This document shows positions 21,264 to 32,381 of a stretch of DNA of 64,000 bases, piece after piece. Location of the stretch: assembly GCA_049512935.1 (NCBI GenBank), contig JBEKWR010000001.1, positions 128,001-192,000 on the forward strand, in the 5' to 3' direction. How positions within the stretch are numbered: position 1 is the stretch's first letter; every line of letters begins with the position of its first letter. The notes under the pieces were generated by a model that saw only the letters and a program-made list of their open reading frames with translations, did not search any database and was not told where the DNA came from. A program made the position numbers and the translations under genes. Source of the stretch: Candidatus Bathyarchaeia archaeon (GTDB lineage Archaea > Thermoproteota > Bathyarchaeia > Bathyarchaeales > Bathycorpusculaceae).

Positions 21264-21356
21264 TGATGACAAAAGCCCATCGATGAATCAAACTCGCACT
21301 CGTTGAAGGTCTCTCTAATCTGCGATGGCACCTGAGCACTCAACGCATCTGATGGG
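21264..21356 (+). ncRNA. Putative structured small RNA (C/D-box or K-turn-like); strand uncertain
   Basis: Nested stems CCCATC/GATGGG, GATG/CATC, CGTTGA/TCAACG, AGGT/ACCT; TGATGA, CGATGA and two CTGA motifs. Confidence 0.4.
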
Positions 21357-21410
21357 ATTACTTTTAAATATTGGCGCGTTGTGGTTTAGGTGCAGTTTAA
21401 GGTGTAACAT

Positions 21411-21851
21411 TTGCCAAAGCAGGAAAAAGGAAAATCCCATTCAGTGCGTCCCGTAAGCCGAAGGCCACCAAGCTGGTGCAAGTATCAGCCTGAAGAAGTA
21501 GAATCATTCATCATCAAACTCGCCAAGGAAGGCCACTCAACCAGCAGCATAGGCACCATCCTAAGGGACCAGTACGCAATTCCCCTAGCAAAGCAGATAA
21601 TCGGCAAAAGCATAACCGACGTTCTGGAAAGCGCAGGATTAGCTCCAACTTTACCTGAGGACCTGTCAAACCTCATGAAGAAGGCACAAAGCCTCGCGGT
21701 TCACTTGGACAAGAACAAGAAGGACCTGCATAACAAACGCAACATGCAGATAATTGAGGCACAAATCCACAAGCTTTCACGCTACTACAAGCGCGAAGGC
21801 GTTTTGGCGAAGAACTGGAAGTACGAAGCAAAAATCGCGTCCGTAACCTAA
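21411..21851 (+). CDS. rps15: 30S ribosomal protein S15 (uS15)
   Basis: GKSHSVRP, IGTILRDQY, PEDL, RYYK. Confidence 0.97.
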   Translation: MPKQEKGKSHSVRPVSRRPPSWCKYQPEEVESFIIKLAKEGHSTSSIGTILRDQYAIPLAKQIIGKSITDVLESAGLAPTLPEDLSNLMKKAQSLAVHLDKNKKDLHNKRNMQIIEAQIHKLSRYYKREGVLAKNWKYEAKIASVT

Positions 21852-21944
21852 ACGCGGAAGCCTCACAATTTTAGCCATTTTCCATTTGTGGTTGATACGT
21901 AGCTTTAAATCTGTTCATGGCATTTTAGCCAAGAGTGAACAAGG

Positions 21945-23411
21945 ATGGCTGCAGAGCAAGCATCAATCGAACGCTTCTTGGCCTCAGCGTCGGAAGCAGC
22001 AAAAGTGATTTTGGAAACAGCCCAGAAAGACGGGTTCATACATGTTTTTTCACATCTCGACGCGGACGGCGTTGCAGCCGCAGGCGTGATGGGCAAGACG
22101 CTCTTCAGGCTTGACGCGAAGTTCAGAATCAGGATAACTCAGCAGCTTGACGAGAAAATCATCGGTGAAATAGTCGCTGACAAGCCCAAGCTTGTGATTT
22201 TAACGGATTTCGGCAGCGGTAACCTTGACTTGTTGAACGAGAAGATCCCTAACTTCAACGTCTTAATCCTTGACCATCACCAGGTTAACGGCGCGGTGAG
22301 CAAACCCAATTTCGTTCAGGTCAACCCTCACCTTTTCGGCATCGACGGTGCATCCGACGTTAGCGGTTCAGGCGTGGCTTACTTTGTCGCTAAAGCGGTT
22401 GACCCGTCGAACGTGGATTTGGCGCCTGTGGCGTTGGTGGGCGCATTAGGTGACATGCAGGACAAGTATGACCAGAGAAAACTGTGCAGCCTAAACGAGA
22501 TAATAGTCGACGACGGCGTCGCCGCTGGCTTGCTGAAAGTTGAGAAGGACTTAACATTCTTCGGCAGAGAAACCAGACCCATCCACAAAACACTGGCAAC
22601 CACAACCAACCCGTTTATTCCAGGGTTAAGCGGGGAAGAAGACAAAGCCTTAGTGTTCCTCGCAAGCTTAGACATCCCGATTAAGCAAGGTGACAGGTGG
22701 CGGGCGCTGTGCGACCTAACCGATACTGAGAGAAAACGGTTGTGCTCCGCGCTGGCAGATCACTTGTTGTCTAAGGGACTGCATATGGAAGTGGAAAACC
22801 TCATCGGGTACATTTACGTTTTGACCAAAGAAGAACCGAACACCGCCCTGCGCGACGCGAGAGAATTCGCGGTAGTGCTGAACTCGACGGGACGCATGGA
22901 CAGGCCAAGCTTGGGCATCGCCATCTGCATGGGTGACCGCAAAGCCGCCTTGGAGGAAGCAAACAAAATCCTTGAAGACTACCGCAGAAACATCAACAAG
23001 TACCTCGGGTGGGTTAACGAAAAACCCGAACGCATGCGTGAACTCCAAAACATCTACGTCATCAACGGCGAAAGCTTCATCAACGAAAAAATCATAGGAA
23101 CCATTTCATCCATAATCGTCTCAGGACTTGCCAGCAACGAAAAGCCGCTTATAGCCTTCGCAAACGTTGAAAAAGAACAGGCTGCCAAGTTTTCAGCGAG
23201 AACAACTGAGGCAGCGATCCGAAAAGGCGTAAACCTGGGTGAAGTCATGCGGTTGGCTTCAGAGGCAAACGGCGGCAAAGGCGGAGGGCACAACATTGCT
23301 GCAGGGGCACAGGTGCCTCTGGACAGGGTTGAGGTTTTTGTTAAGGCGGTTGATGAACTGGTTGGCAAACAGTTGAAGGGTGAAAAGATTGGAAGCAACA
23401 TTGACACTTGA
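21945..23411 (+). CDS. DHH-family RecJ-like protein
   Basis: HLDADG, TDFG, LDHH, GGGHNIAAG; conserved position after rps15. Confidence 0.92.
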   Translation: MAAEQASIERFLASASEAAKVILETAQKDGFIHVFSHLDADGVAAAGVMGKTLFRLDAKFRIRITQQLDEKIIGEIVADKPKLVILTDFGSGNLDLLNEKIPNFNVLILDHHQVNGAVSKPNFVQVNPHLFGIDGASDVSGSGVAYFVAKAVDPSNVDLAPVALVGALGDMQDKYDQRKLCSLNEIIVDDGVAAGLLKVEKDLTFFGRETRPIHKTLATTTNPFIPGLSGEEDKALVFLASLDIPIKQGDRWRALCDLTDTERKRLCSALADHLLSKGLHMEVENLIGYIYVLTKEEPNTALRDAREFAVVLNSTGRMDRPSLGIAICMGDRKAALEEANKILEDYRRNINKYLGWVNEKPERMRELQNIYVINGESFINEKIIGTISSIIVSGLASNEKPLIAFANVEKEQAAKFSARTTEAAIRKGVNLGEVMRLASEANGGKGGGHNIAAGAQVPLDRVEVFVKAVDELVGKQLKGEKIGSNIDT

Positions 23412-23634
23412 GTACGAAGACGAGAAGATCGCCAAGGCAGTTGCCGACGCGGTTTCGCCAGACAACTTCAAAACGCCGCTTGGACTGACCGTAAAAACGC
23501 TCAGGAAAAAGGGGAAAGTGACAACGACGATTCAATGCCAAGATAAACTCGCCACCTTTACTGCGACGATCGACGATCTGCTTTTCAGTGCAACCACAGC
23601 CGAAAAAACGCTTAAGGCAGTAGGGAAAATCTAG
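23380..23634 (+). CDS. pcc1: KEOPS subunit Pcc1
   Basis: AVSPDN, ATIDDLL, 84 aa, conserved gene order. Confidence 0.85.
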   Translation: MKRLEATLTLEYEDEKIAKAVADAVSPDNFKTPLGLTVKTLRKKGKVTTTIQCQDKLATFTATIDDLLFSATTAEKTLKAVGKI

Positions 23635-23801
23635 AAGACGATTCTCAAAGGCGCAATGAACTCGCTCGCTTGCGAATTTGAGCTTTTCTCAGACTTAATT
23701 CTGGTTTTTTAACTCAAGCTCTAAATACAACCTGCTTTACTGTAAGGTAAATAAATAAGCGAACACAACATTTAAGAAAATTACCAATTGGGTGCATTTA
23801 G

Positions 23802-25643
23802 TTGAAGAGAACGCATGCAGTATTGATTATCACGGTTTCCTTGTTACTTGTTTCCATGCCGTTTATTGTGCCTGGAGCGGTTTTTGCTCAAACCACAGGC
23901 TACTCAATCACGCAGGTTAACCATCAAGTTAACGTGTTGTACACTGGGCAAGTAGTTATCCAAGACACAATTTACGTTTCTGGGCAAGTATCCGACGGCT
24001 TCACAATCGGGTTACCCGCCCAGTACAGCACCGACATTCTCAGCGCCGTAGCATACGACTCAAACAGCGTCTTCCAAGTCCAATTGGGAGCTCAGTTAGG
24101 CGACCGAAGCGGATTCTACGGGGCAGAAGTGAACTTCAACGGGCAATCACCAAGCGTGTTCACAGTGGCGTTCGTCCTATCCAACCTTGTCACAGGAAGA
24201 GATACGGGTGATTTCAACCTTAATTTTCCAGCTTACCCAGGCCTAACGCAAGCCGTCGGCAGCTGCAATGTAACCCTGACTTTTCCAAGCACTCCTAGGG
24301 TCATAAACGTCGTCAAAAGCGACGGAAACGTGGATACAGAGAATTATATTGTGCCGAACCTGCCAGCATACACCTATTCCCCAGCTACCGCGGCTATCGA
24401 GGTAGCTAACGGAACTATTCAGTTGGCCGAAATAACCCAGTTGAACCGACAAATAACCATTAACCCAACGGGTCAAGTGTCCGCCACAGACACATACACC
24501 ATCATCAACAACTCGACAGCCAAAATGTCGTTTTTCGTATTGGATGCACCGACCAACGCGAAGAATATTGTGATAAAGGGTGAAACCGGCACGCCGCTAG
24601 CACAACAGAGCGCTTCGATAACACCGGTAATCGCCAACATTCTACAGATTAACGCCACTTTATCAACACCCATAACAAGCGGCGAATCTAACGTTTTAAC
24701 GGTTAGCTATAGTTTGCCAAGCGCAACCGTCCAAGGTTCCCAGTACACGCTTAGCAACTTCCCGCTTTTCCCCGCCTTCTATTATTACATTAACAGTGCA
24801 AGCTGCACGTTTAACCCGCCTCAGGGAGCAACAATCACAACGCCAAAGTTAACATCCCTTGGCGCATCCAGTTCTGTAACAAGAAATGGCTTCCAAGACA
24901 CCTTCACCGTGACTACCAGCGGAGTAAGCTACGTTAATGCCATACTTCCAAAAAGCAATACCGTTCAAGTATCGTACAGTTACAATCCAGTCTGGGTCAG
25001 CTACATGCCTACTCTGTGGCTTTCATTTGCGGCAGTTATCGGCTGCGTAGGCGCTGTTGTCTATCAAAAGCGCAAACCAAGCGAAAAAGCACCTGCCCCA
25101 AGCAAAAAATCAAAGATGTCGAGTCCGAAGTTCGTCCCCGTTGCTTCTTCTGAAGAAGTGAAAAGTGCCGAGCCCAGAACCGCCACTGCTGCCGCTAGCG
25201 CTGCCGCTACGCCTCAACGCGTCACTGGAGAAAGCATAAGGGAATTCACTGATTCTTACGATGACAAGAAACGGTTAAACGGTGAACTCAGGTCTCTTGA
25301 TTTGAAAGCGCAGAAAGGAAAGATTCCAAGGCGCCAATACAAAGTTCAACGCAGAACAATAGAAATACGTTTAGAAACAATTTCACGCAACACAAACAAA
25401 ATGAAAGAAGTACTCCGAAACTCGGGCAGCGCATACGCTGACTTGACTAAGCAACTTGACTCCGCTGAAGAAGATTTGACTGAAGCCGAAGACAACATAA
25501 AGAAACTTGAAGACAAGCAGAGCAGAGGCGAAATTTCAATAGAAGCCTACAAGAGAGACATTGCAGACTACCAGAAACGCAGGGACAAAGCCGAATCGAC
25601 GTTGAACGGAATTCTGCTGAGATTACGTGAAAAAGCACGTTAA
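23802..25643 (+). CDS. Ribophorin I (Ost1/RPN1)-like type I membrane protein
   Basis: Signal peptide, two beta-rich lumenal halves (NHQVNVLYTGQVVIQDTI / NRQITINPTGQVSATDTY), TM helix, helical cytoplasmic tail. Confidence 0.6.
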   Translation: MKRTHAVLIITVSLLLVSMPFIVPGAVFAQTTGYSITQVNHQVNVLYTGQVVIQDTIYVSGQVSDGFTIGLPAQYSTDILSAVAYDSNSVFQVQLGAQLGDRSGFYGAEVNFNGQSPSVFTVAFVLSNLVTGRDTGDFNLNFPAYPGLTQAVGSCNVTLTFPSTPRVINVVKSDGNVDTENYIVPNLPAYTYSPATAAIEVANGTIQLAEITQLNRQITINPTGQVSATDTYTIINNSTAKMSFFVLDAPTNAKNIVIKGETGTPLAQQSASITPVIANILQINATLSTPITSGESNVLTVSYSLPSATVQGSQYTLSNFPLFPAFYYYINSASCTFNPPQGATITTPKLTSLGASSSVTRNGFQDTFTVTTSGVSYVNAILPKSNTVQVSYSYNPVWVSYMPTLWLSFAAVIGCVGAVVYQKRKPSEKAPAPSKKSKMSSPKFVPVASSEEVKSAEPRTATAAASAAATPQRVTGESIREFTDSYDDKKRLNGELRSLDLKAQKGKIPRRQYKVQRRTIEIRLETISRNTNKMKEVLRNSGSAYADLTKQLDSAEEDLTEAEDNIKKLEDKQSRGEISIEAYKRDIADYQKRRDKAESTLNGILLRLREKAR

Positions 25644-25703
25644 AACACCTAAAACCTTTTATTTTACTCAATAGCTTTTCAAGAAAACCAGAGGTAGACA
25701 AAA

Positions 25704-25883
25704 ATGGTAAAAATAGTTGTTGACCCCAAATGCACCGGATGCGAAACATGCGTAAACACTTGCCCCGTAGGCGTCTACGAAATCAAAAACGGGAAATCGA
25801 CACCGACCAAAGTCAGTGAGTGCTTAGTGTGCAGAGCATGTGAAGCCCAGTGCCCCGAAGGCGCAATCCAGGTAATCGAGTAA
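25704..25883 (+). CDS. 2x[4Fe-4S] ferredoxin (59 aa, not in ORF track)
   Basis: MVKIVVDPKCTGCETCVNTCP...CLVCRACEAQCP, two CxxCxxCxxxCP motifs. Confidence 0.95.
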   Translation: MVKIVVDPKCTGCETCVNTCPVGVYEIKNGKSTPTKVSECLVCRACEAQCPEGAIQVIE

Positions 25884-26045
25884 ATCTGAAGCCTGTAAAT
25901 TAATTACACGCTTGTCTCTTAAACAGCAGGCTCAGAGAATTCCCTTATTTTGCTTAATTTTTTGATTTGATTGGAAAAATTCTAGACTTGTTTGCCGATT
26001 GGCGTTGCCACTTTCTTAAAATGCCTTATAACGCAGGGGGACATT

Positions 26046-26189
26046 TTAGTCTTCGATGTTCCACAAAAACCTGATTATCTTTGAGATTTGCTCCACTGTC
26101 TCACGGTCAGTTTTTTGCTCTTCTTCTATGTTCTTCAGCGGAATAGAGGTTACCATAGGAAAGGTAATGGGCTGCTTTTGTAATAACAA
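26046..26189 (-). CDS. Possible small protein (47 aa)
   Basis: MLLQKQPITFPMVTSIPLKNIEEEQKTDRETVEQISKIIRFLWNIED; no recognised family. Confidence 0.3.
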   Translation of the reverse strand: MLLQKQPITFPMVTSIPLKNIEEEQKTDRETVEQISKIIRFLWNIED

Positions 26190-26381
26190 TTACGTTGGCG
26201 GCAACTTCGAACTTCGAAGTGAAGCAAAAGTTAGCCCGAAGCATTTTAACAGATTTATGCCAATTTGCGATAGTGCGGTGGATTTTATTCTCTCACATTT
26301 TTCAAATCTTAATGATCTTTCGTTAAATTCGCTGATTTTACGGACAACAGTTATATGTTGAAGTTAACGAGTATTGTGGAT

Positions 26382-26657
26382 ATGGCAGACAAAGTCCACT
26401 GCGCACACATACTAGTCAAAACAGAGACTGAAGCAAAAAACATCAAGGCGCGACTCGATAAGGGCGAAAAATTCGGAGCCCTAGCCAAAAACGTTTCCCT
26501 GTGCCCGTCTTCAAAGAACGGGGGAGACCTTGGCACCTTCACGAGGGGCAAGATGGTTAAGGAGTTTGAGAAGGCGGCTTTCGCGCTTGAGAAAGGCCAG
26601 ACTTCTGATCCTGTTAAGACCCAGTTTGGGTACCATATAATAAAACGGGTAGAATAA
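26382..26657 (+). CDS. ppiC: Parvulin-type peptidyl-prolyl isomerase
   Basis: [23 protein letters not shown]. Confidence 0.93.
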   Translation: MADKVHCAHILVKTETEAKNIKARLDKGEKFGALAKNVSLCPSSKNGGDLGTFTRGKMVKEFEKAAFALEKGQTSDPVKTQFGYHIIKRVE

Positions 26658-26827
26658 GCCAGGCCTAGTTGCAGGGCAGCTTGTTCAGCGCGTAAACAAA
26701 AAATTCGATCACCATAAAGGATAGTTTGGATTGTGACTCTTTAGAGCCTGTTTTTTTCTTTTGCTTTCACGGGGCAAAAATATGTCTTTTTCAGACACAT
26801 TTATAGGCTGCTTTCAAGCATCAAAAC

Positions 26828-28957
26828 ATGAAGGAACAAGTCATGGTTACCGTACGAGACCCTGTATGCGGCATGGATGTTGACACGGAAACAGCCCTCA
26901 GCGCCAAAATAGGCGACCGAACATACTACTTCTGCAGCCAACAGTGCCTCGACGTCTACACGGCTCCAGAGCGTGAGCTGAAAGCGATGCAGCGCCGGGT
27001 TGCCTTCACCTTAACTGGCGCCGTGGCAGCCCTTGCCCTGAAAGTGATTACTCTCTTCGGCCTCATCACGGCGATAATGTATTTTGACGTTGCCGGGGAG
27101 CTCAGGGTCTATGACGTAGCGGTGTTCATTGTTTCGACACCCATCGTCTGGATAGCTGGCTTTAGGATATACAAGGGCGCTTACCAGTCGCTTCGAAACC
27201 GCAACATAAACATGGATGTGCTGGTCACTGTCGGAGTCCTTGCAGGCTGGATCTACGGAGTCATAAACGTGTTCCTCTTGCCCACGGCTTCTCAACCGGG
27301 CTCAGGCTACATGGAAATCGCCATCGGCATCCTGGCTTTCGTTTTGCTGGGAAGATACATCGAAGAATTAATTCGAAGACGCTCAGCCGCGTCGATACGA
27401 AAACTGCTCGAACTTCAACCGACGATGGCGAGAGTTGTCAAGGAAGGAAAAGAAACCGACATTCCTATAGAGCAGGTGCAGGTCGGTGACGTAATCATTG
27501 TGAAGCCTGGCGAAAAAATCCCGATTGACGGCACGGTGACGGCGGGCTACTCGTCGGTTGATGAGAAACTGCTCACTGGCGAGAGCATTCCTGTCGAGAA
27601 AACTGTCGGAAGCGAAGTTGTGGGCGCAACTATAAACAAGACGGGGCTGTTGACGATTAAGGCGACGCGTGTTAGCGACGAAACTGCCCTGTCACAGATT
27701 GTTCATCTTGTCGAAGAAGCACAGGCTTCGACCGCTCCAGTTCAAAGGTTTGCTGACCGTATTGTCAAATGGTTTGTTCCCATCATATTGACAGCCGCCG
27801 CCATTTCCTTTGCCTACTGGTTTGTTTCAAGCGGCAACTTTACAACAGCGTTCTTGGTTCTGTTGGCTGTGATATTGATCTCTTGCCCGTGCGCTTTAGG
27901 CATCGCAACTCCGACAGCTATTCTGGCAGGTGTCGGAAAAGGGGCTGAATACGGCGTTCTGCTTCGAAGCGGAGAGTACGTTGAGAAGGCGCGAAAGCTG
28001 ACGACTGTTGTTTTCGACAAAACAGGCACCTTGACTGTGGGAGAGCCAAGAGTCACCGACATCAAAACCTACAGCGGATTCGATGAGCAGACAGCACTTC
28101 GTTACGCTGGCGCAGCGGAGAAAGGTTCTGAGCATCCACTGGCGGAAGCAATACTCGCAAAGGCTGAATCCGACAAAGTAACCGTTGACCAAGCAGACAG
28201 TTTCGAGGCATTGCCCGGCAGAGGAGTGAAGTGCAGTGTCGGAGCCAAGATGGTGCTGCTTGGAAACCGCATACTGATGCAGGAACAAGGCGTGTCCATC
28301 AGTGAGTCGACAGCTGATGATCTGACTGCTTTGGAAGCGCAGGGAAAAACCGTCATGATTCTGGCTGTTGACGGTGAGAGTGCCGGATTGATTGCTGCGA
28401 TGGATACTCCGAAGGAAAGCGCTGCCGAAGCAATACAGCAGCTCAAGAGCATGAACTTGGAAGTTGCAATGCTAACTGGAGATAACGAGCGAACAGCCAA
28501 AGCCGTCGCCGAGCAGCTTGGGATAACTCAGGTTTTCGCCAGCGTTCTGCCTTGGCAAAAAGTCGATGTCATAAAGAGGCTGCAGGGTGAAGGCAAAGTC
28601 GTGGCCATGGTCGGCGACGGAATAAACGATGCTCCAGCGCTTGCGACAGCCGACATCGGCATCGCCATCGGCAGCGGAACCGACATAGCTAAAGAGACAG
28701 GCGGCATAGTGCTCATAAGAGACGACCTACGCGATGTAGCCTTAGGCATCGAACTCAGCAAGAAAACCATGCGCAAAATCGACACTAACCTGTTCTGGGC
28801 GTTTGCTTACAACTCAGTTATGATCCCGGTTGCCGCTGCGGGCTTGCTTAACCCGATGTACGCTGCTGGAGCCATGGCGATAAGCAGCTTAACCGTTGTC
28901 AGCAACTCGGCTCTGCTGAAGCTGGCTAAATTTAAATCCAAGAAAATTAATGACTAG
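26828..28957 (+). CDS. copA: Copper-translocating P1B ATPase with N-terminal YHS/TRASH domain
   Basis: DPVCGM..YFCS, TGES, CPC, DKTGT, SEHP, GDGIND, YN. Confidence 0.95.
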   Translation: MKEQVMVTVRDPVCGMDVDTETALSAKIGDRTYYFCSQQCLDVYTAPERELKAMQRRVAFTLTGAVAALALKVITLFGLITAIMYFDVAGELRVYDVAVFIVSTPIVWIAGFRIYKGAYQSLRNRNINMDVLVTVGVLAGWIYGVINVFLLPTASQPGSGYMEIAIGILAFVLLGRYIEELIRRRSAASIRKLLELQPTMARVVKEGKETDIPIEQVQVGDVIIVKPGEKIPIDGTVTAGYSSVDEKLLTGESIPVEKTVGSEVVGATINKTGLLTIKATRVSDETALSQIVHLVEEAQASTAPVQRFADRIVKWFVPIILTAAAISFAYWFVSSGNFTTAFLVLLAVILISCPCALGIATPTAILAGVGKGAEYGVLLRSGEYVEKARKLTTVVFDKTGTLTVGEPRVTDIKTYSGFDEQTALRYAGAAEKGSEHPLAEAILAKAESDKVTVDQADSFEALPGRGVKCSVGAKMVLLGNRILMQEQGVSISESTADDLTALEAQGKTVMILAVDGESAGLIAAMDTPKESAAEAIQQLKSMNLEVAMLTGDNERTAKAVAEQLGITQVFASVLPWQKVDVIKRLQGEGKVVAMVGDGINDAPALATADIGIAIGSGTDIAKETGGIVLIRDDLRDVALGIELSKKTMRKIDTNLFWAFAYNSVMIPVAAAGLLNPMYAAGAMAISSLTVVSNSALLKLAKFKSKKIND

Positions 28958-28983
28958 CGTAGGCGTTTGGAGGTGAATGTTTT

Positions 28984-29130
28984 ATGGCTAAGGATCCGAT
29001 CTGTGGAATGATGGTTGACGAGAAAAAAGCCAAGTTTAAATCCGACTATAAGGGCAAAACCTTCTATTTCTGTGCAGCCTCCTGCAAGGCAACGTTTGAC
29101 AAGAACCCTGCAAAATACGCAGGCGCATAA
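28984..29130 (+). CDS. YHS/TRASH metallochaperone (48 aa, not in ORF track)
   Basis: MAKDPICGMMVDEK...FYFCAASCK..F.KNPAKY; GGAGGTGA RBS. Confidence 0.92.
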   Translation: MAKDPICGMMVDEKKAKFKSDYKGKTFYFCAASCKATFDKNPAKYAGA

Positions 29131-29178
29131 AAAAAGTGCTCGATGTGGCTGCTATGAGTAACCGCTAAAACTTCAAAG

Positions 29179-30015
29179 TTACGCGTTTAGTTTTTCGTTT
29201 TCTTTTTTGATTCTCGCGCGCTCTTTTTCGATGGCTTTCTCCACTTCTTCCCTTATCGTGAAGCCGCCGATGTGCAGGATGGGCTCTTTGGTTTCTGGAT
29301 CCGTCTCCATAGTTGCGGTGCACGGGTAGCTGTGATGGGCTTTGGAGATAGCGTCGTAGAGCTCTTCTTTTTTCGTCGGAACACCCGCAAGTTTACGGGC
29401 TATGTACCACGTGGACCCGCACGGAGCGCTGCGCCTGACAACCACGCATTCGATGACCTCTTTCTTATCCACCATTGAAAGCGTGATTTCAAGCAGCGGC
29501 CGCCCCACCTTTGTCTCTTCAATGAAACGGGCAATCGTGGGCTTATCTGCCTCAGGCTCAAGAGTGCAAAACGGCTTGGGAAAAGCGCATTCAAGCCCCA
29601 GTTCGTTGCAGCGAGTTTCAACTTGTTTGCGTACGCCGACGGGGACTTCAGTCCAGTCTTCGATGGGGGCAATCAACGCTTTTATCCCCGCCTTCTTAAG
29701 CTGGTTAGGTAACTCCAACAGCAAATCCTTCTGCAGTCCTGAGGCTAAGCAGACGTCGGCTTTAGGGAGCTTTTTAGGCATGAAATCTTCAGGGTTGTCG
29801 ATGAACGCGGGCAGCTCAGATGGGCTGGGCAGTTGGATGGCTGCTCTGACGTTCCTCACGAAGCTGTAAACGTTGTATTTGCATGATTCACAGTAGAGAC
29901 CGCATGACTGGCAGAAGCAGGGGTCGTTGATTAGGTTGCGGATCACCCGTTCCATGAAGTCTTTGCTGTAAACAAACACTAAGGCTAAAGGTTCCCCGCT
30001 GTCTTTTTTGCTCAC
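29179..30015 (-). CDS. DUF166-family protein
   Basis: PKPFCTL, RSAPCGST, YPCTA, ILH. Confidence 0.8.
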   Translation of the reverse strand: MSKKDSGEPLALVFVYSKDFMERVIRNLINDPCFCQSCGLYCESCKYNVYSFVRNVRAAIQLPSPSELPAFIDNPEDFMPKKLPKADVCLASGLQKDLLLELPNQLKKAGIKALIAPIEDWTEVPVGVRKQVETRCNELGLECAFPKPFCTLEPEADKPTIARFIEETKVGRPLLEITLSMVDKKEVIECVVVRRSAPCGSTWYIARKLAGVPTKKEELYDAISKAHHSYPCTATMETDPETKEPILHIGGFTIREEVEKAIEKERARIKKENEKLNA

Positions 30016-30034
30016 TCTGTGCTCTGCTCCCGTT

Positions 30035-30679
30035 TTAGAAGGCGCCCAGCAGGACATGCTCAGCGAACAAATCTTCGTTGAACGCTCCTGTGAACTCTAT
30101 TTTCTCGTTAATTATGACTTTGGGCACGCCGATCACGTTGTACTTCAGGGCTAAATCGGGAAACTCGCCGCTGTCGATGACGTCAGCCTTTACCAGGTCG
30201 CTTTCGACGGCTAACTTGTGCGCAACCGCGGCGGCTGCGGGGCAGTGAGGGCAGGTCAGGCTTACGAAGACTTGGATGTGAACTGGGTTTTTAACTTCCT
30301 TCAGAATTGACTTGGTGTTTTCAGAAAGGTCAGTTGTCCCTTTGGAAACGATGAAGATTGCCTCTATCAGCGTTTGCAGCTCGTATCCGTAGGGGATGCC
30401 GTAGATTCTCACGCCGTAATCTTTCTTGCCGATGATAGCTAACGCGGGAATCTTGTCAATTCCGTATTCCTTGGCTTTGGCGGCGTCGGCGACAAAATCA
30501 AGAACCTCCAAAGTTATCTTGTCGCTGAGAGGCACCAACTCCTGAACCAGCGTTCTTGTTTGAGAGCAGTATTGGCATTCAATCTCCTGAGTGAACATGA
30601 CGATTTTGACTGGGTCAACCAGCTTCTCCTTGAAATCGGCTTTAAGCAGCTCTTTCTTGTCGTCTGGGATTAAACTCAA
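30035..30679 (-). CDS. Protein disulfide oxidoreductase (two thioredoxin folds)
   Basis: CQYC, GIPYGYE, CPHC. Confidence 0.93.
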   Translation of the reverse strand: MSLIPDDKKELLKADFKEKLVDPVKIVMFTQEIECQYCSQTRTLVQELVPLSDKITLEVLDFVADAAKAKEYGIDKIPALAIIGKKDYGVRIYGIPYGYELQTLIEAIFIVSKGTTDLSENTKSILKEVKNPVHIQVFVSLTCPHCPAAAAVAHKLAVESDLVKADVIDSGEFPDLALKYNVIGVPKVIINEKIEFTGAFNEDLFAEHVLLGAF

Positions 30680-30980
30680 AACCTAAGCCTCCAAAACCTC
30701 CGTCGAATTCCAATATTAAACTGGATGCACAGGCATATAACGATTCTTGATTTTTTGAGCAGGCATACATGGGATTGTTTTCGTGCGGGTCTTTTTTGGA
30801 TTTGACGGTTTTTTAGGGATTTTTGTGTCCGATTTAGGCGTGTTCTCTTGTTTTTTTAAGTTGCGACTTTTGGAGCGGGCGGCATTCTTGATTTAGAAGT
30901 TTTTGATCGTTTGTGGACTGCGGTTTTTGTTTTTAGCCAACTGACTGCCCTTAATTGATTTTAGTTTTCGCTAAGAGAGC

Positions 30981-31235
30981 TTATTTCCAAAATACTTCTC
31001 GATATGTTAGCTTTAACTTTCTTTTCAAATAAGTGAAGCCGACGCCAAAAACTAAAGGCCAAGTGAGTAGCAGAGCTATGCTCTTTACAACATATACCGG
31101 GAAACTATCTACTTTGCCGTTAGATGAGAACAGGGCAAAAGTGAGAACCAAAAAGTATACTGCAGCTCCGATAGTTAGATTTTTTTTTCTTAACCTGTGA
31201 AGTTGCGTATATTTTGATTGATTGCTTGCCATCAA
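30981..31235 (-). CDS. Small two-TM hypothetical protein
   Basis: 84-aa ORF in AT-rich stretch, TATA-like CTTATATA upstream. Confidence 0.5.
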   Translation of the reverse strand: MMASNQSKYTQLHRLRKKNLTIGAAVYFLVLTFALFSSNGKVDSFPVYVVKSIALLLTWPLVFGVGFTYLKRKLKLTYREVFWK

Positions 31236-32381
31236 AAAATTGAGTATAATCTACTGCTATATAAGATTTTAGCGATTTCCTTCTTCCACATGCCGCAAAT
31301 ATCAATACCTCTATGGACCGACATAGCGGCTTAGAATTGCAAACTATTAGAAAAAGATTAGCCCAACCTGTGGGCGCTCCTCCCTCCTTGTGCGCCCCTC
31401 CTCGTGCGTGTCTCGCCTCCATTGTGTGTGTGACTGTGTGATTGTGATTGTAGCTGGTTGTAGTTAGTTCAAAGAGAGAGGGTTAAGTTTTACTATCAAC
31501 CGCGCCTCCATGTGCCGGCCAATGGGGATGTCCGTGCCCTTCATCATTACACTGCGACGCCAATACAGACTTATCGCACGAAGAATCTCCCCTCCACGCG
31601 GCAACAGCGCCTAAACAACGGAAAAAGCAAGCGCCAAAAACTAATTTCAAAAAATAACCTGCCGCCCCACGCTCATCCTTCGCCATCCGCTAAACACCAC
31701 GAAAACAAACACGCCGCCAAACCGAAACGCCCATAACCGACAATAACTTCAACATGCACTCAACATTGAAAGTCGCAAAGCGCCCATCCCGAAAGTCGCA
31801 ACCCACAGCAACCTTCAAACCCCAAACCAAAAACAAAGCCCAAAAAAACGGTTAGGCTGGCTGCCGCTTGCTAGGAGCCGTGTGATGGAGGAATCATGGC
31901 TAACCTTGCTTCTTGGCAAAGACATTTAGTTTCATTTATGAAAGGAAAAAAGGGGACAGAAAAGCGAATAAAAAAGAATCAAACATAGAGCAATTTGAAC
32001 CGAGCAAACAGCGGGTTTACGGCTTTTTGCTTCTTTTTCCAGCCGCGTCATTTCTCTTGGGCTGCAGATGCCTTTCATGCGCATAAAGATGAATGCCCCC
32101 AAGACGCTCCAGTGGGAAAAAAATCTTTATTTTCTATAGACGTGGTAATTGTCGAATAAGACATCAACACGATAGAGCGATACTTCAAAGTGTATGCGAG
32201 AAGTGCATTCGCGGTAAATTACGGTATTTCCTTGACTGATGCGACTTTCCATATTGAACCATATGCAGGCGGCATTGTCGGTTACGGGCGGGGCTCGATT
32301 TACGGGCTGAACAAAAGCCATATAAACAATCGCGAACTATCAAACCTTGATTTTTGCGTTCTCAAAATGGAGATGTGAAAT

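Noticed and set aside
31361-31857. Possible integron attC sites (GCCCAAC, GTTAAGT, GTTAGGC)
   Set aside because: No complementary hairpin between the core sites, unsuitable spacing, and no integrase or cassette array.
32130-32378. Possible cation-efflux C-terminal remnant (FHIEP)
   Set aside because: Only a 5-residue resemblance with an upstream stop; not enough to call.
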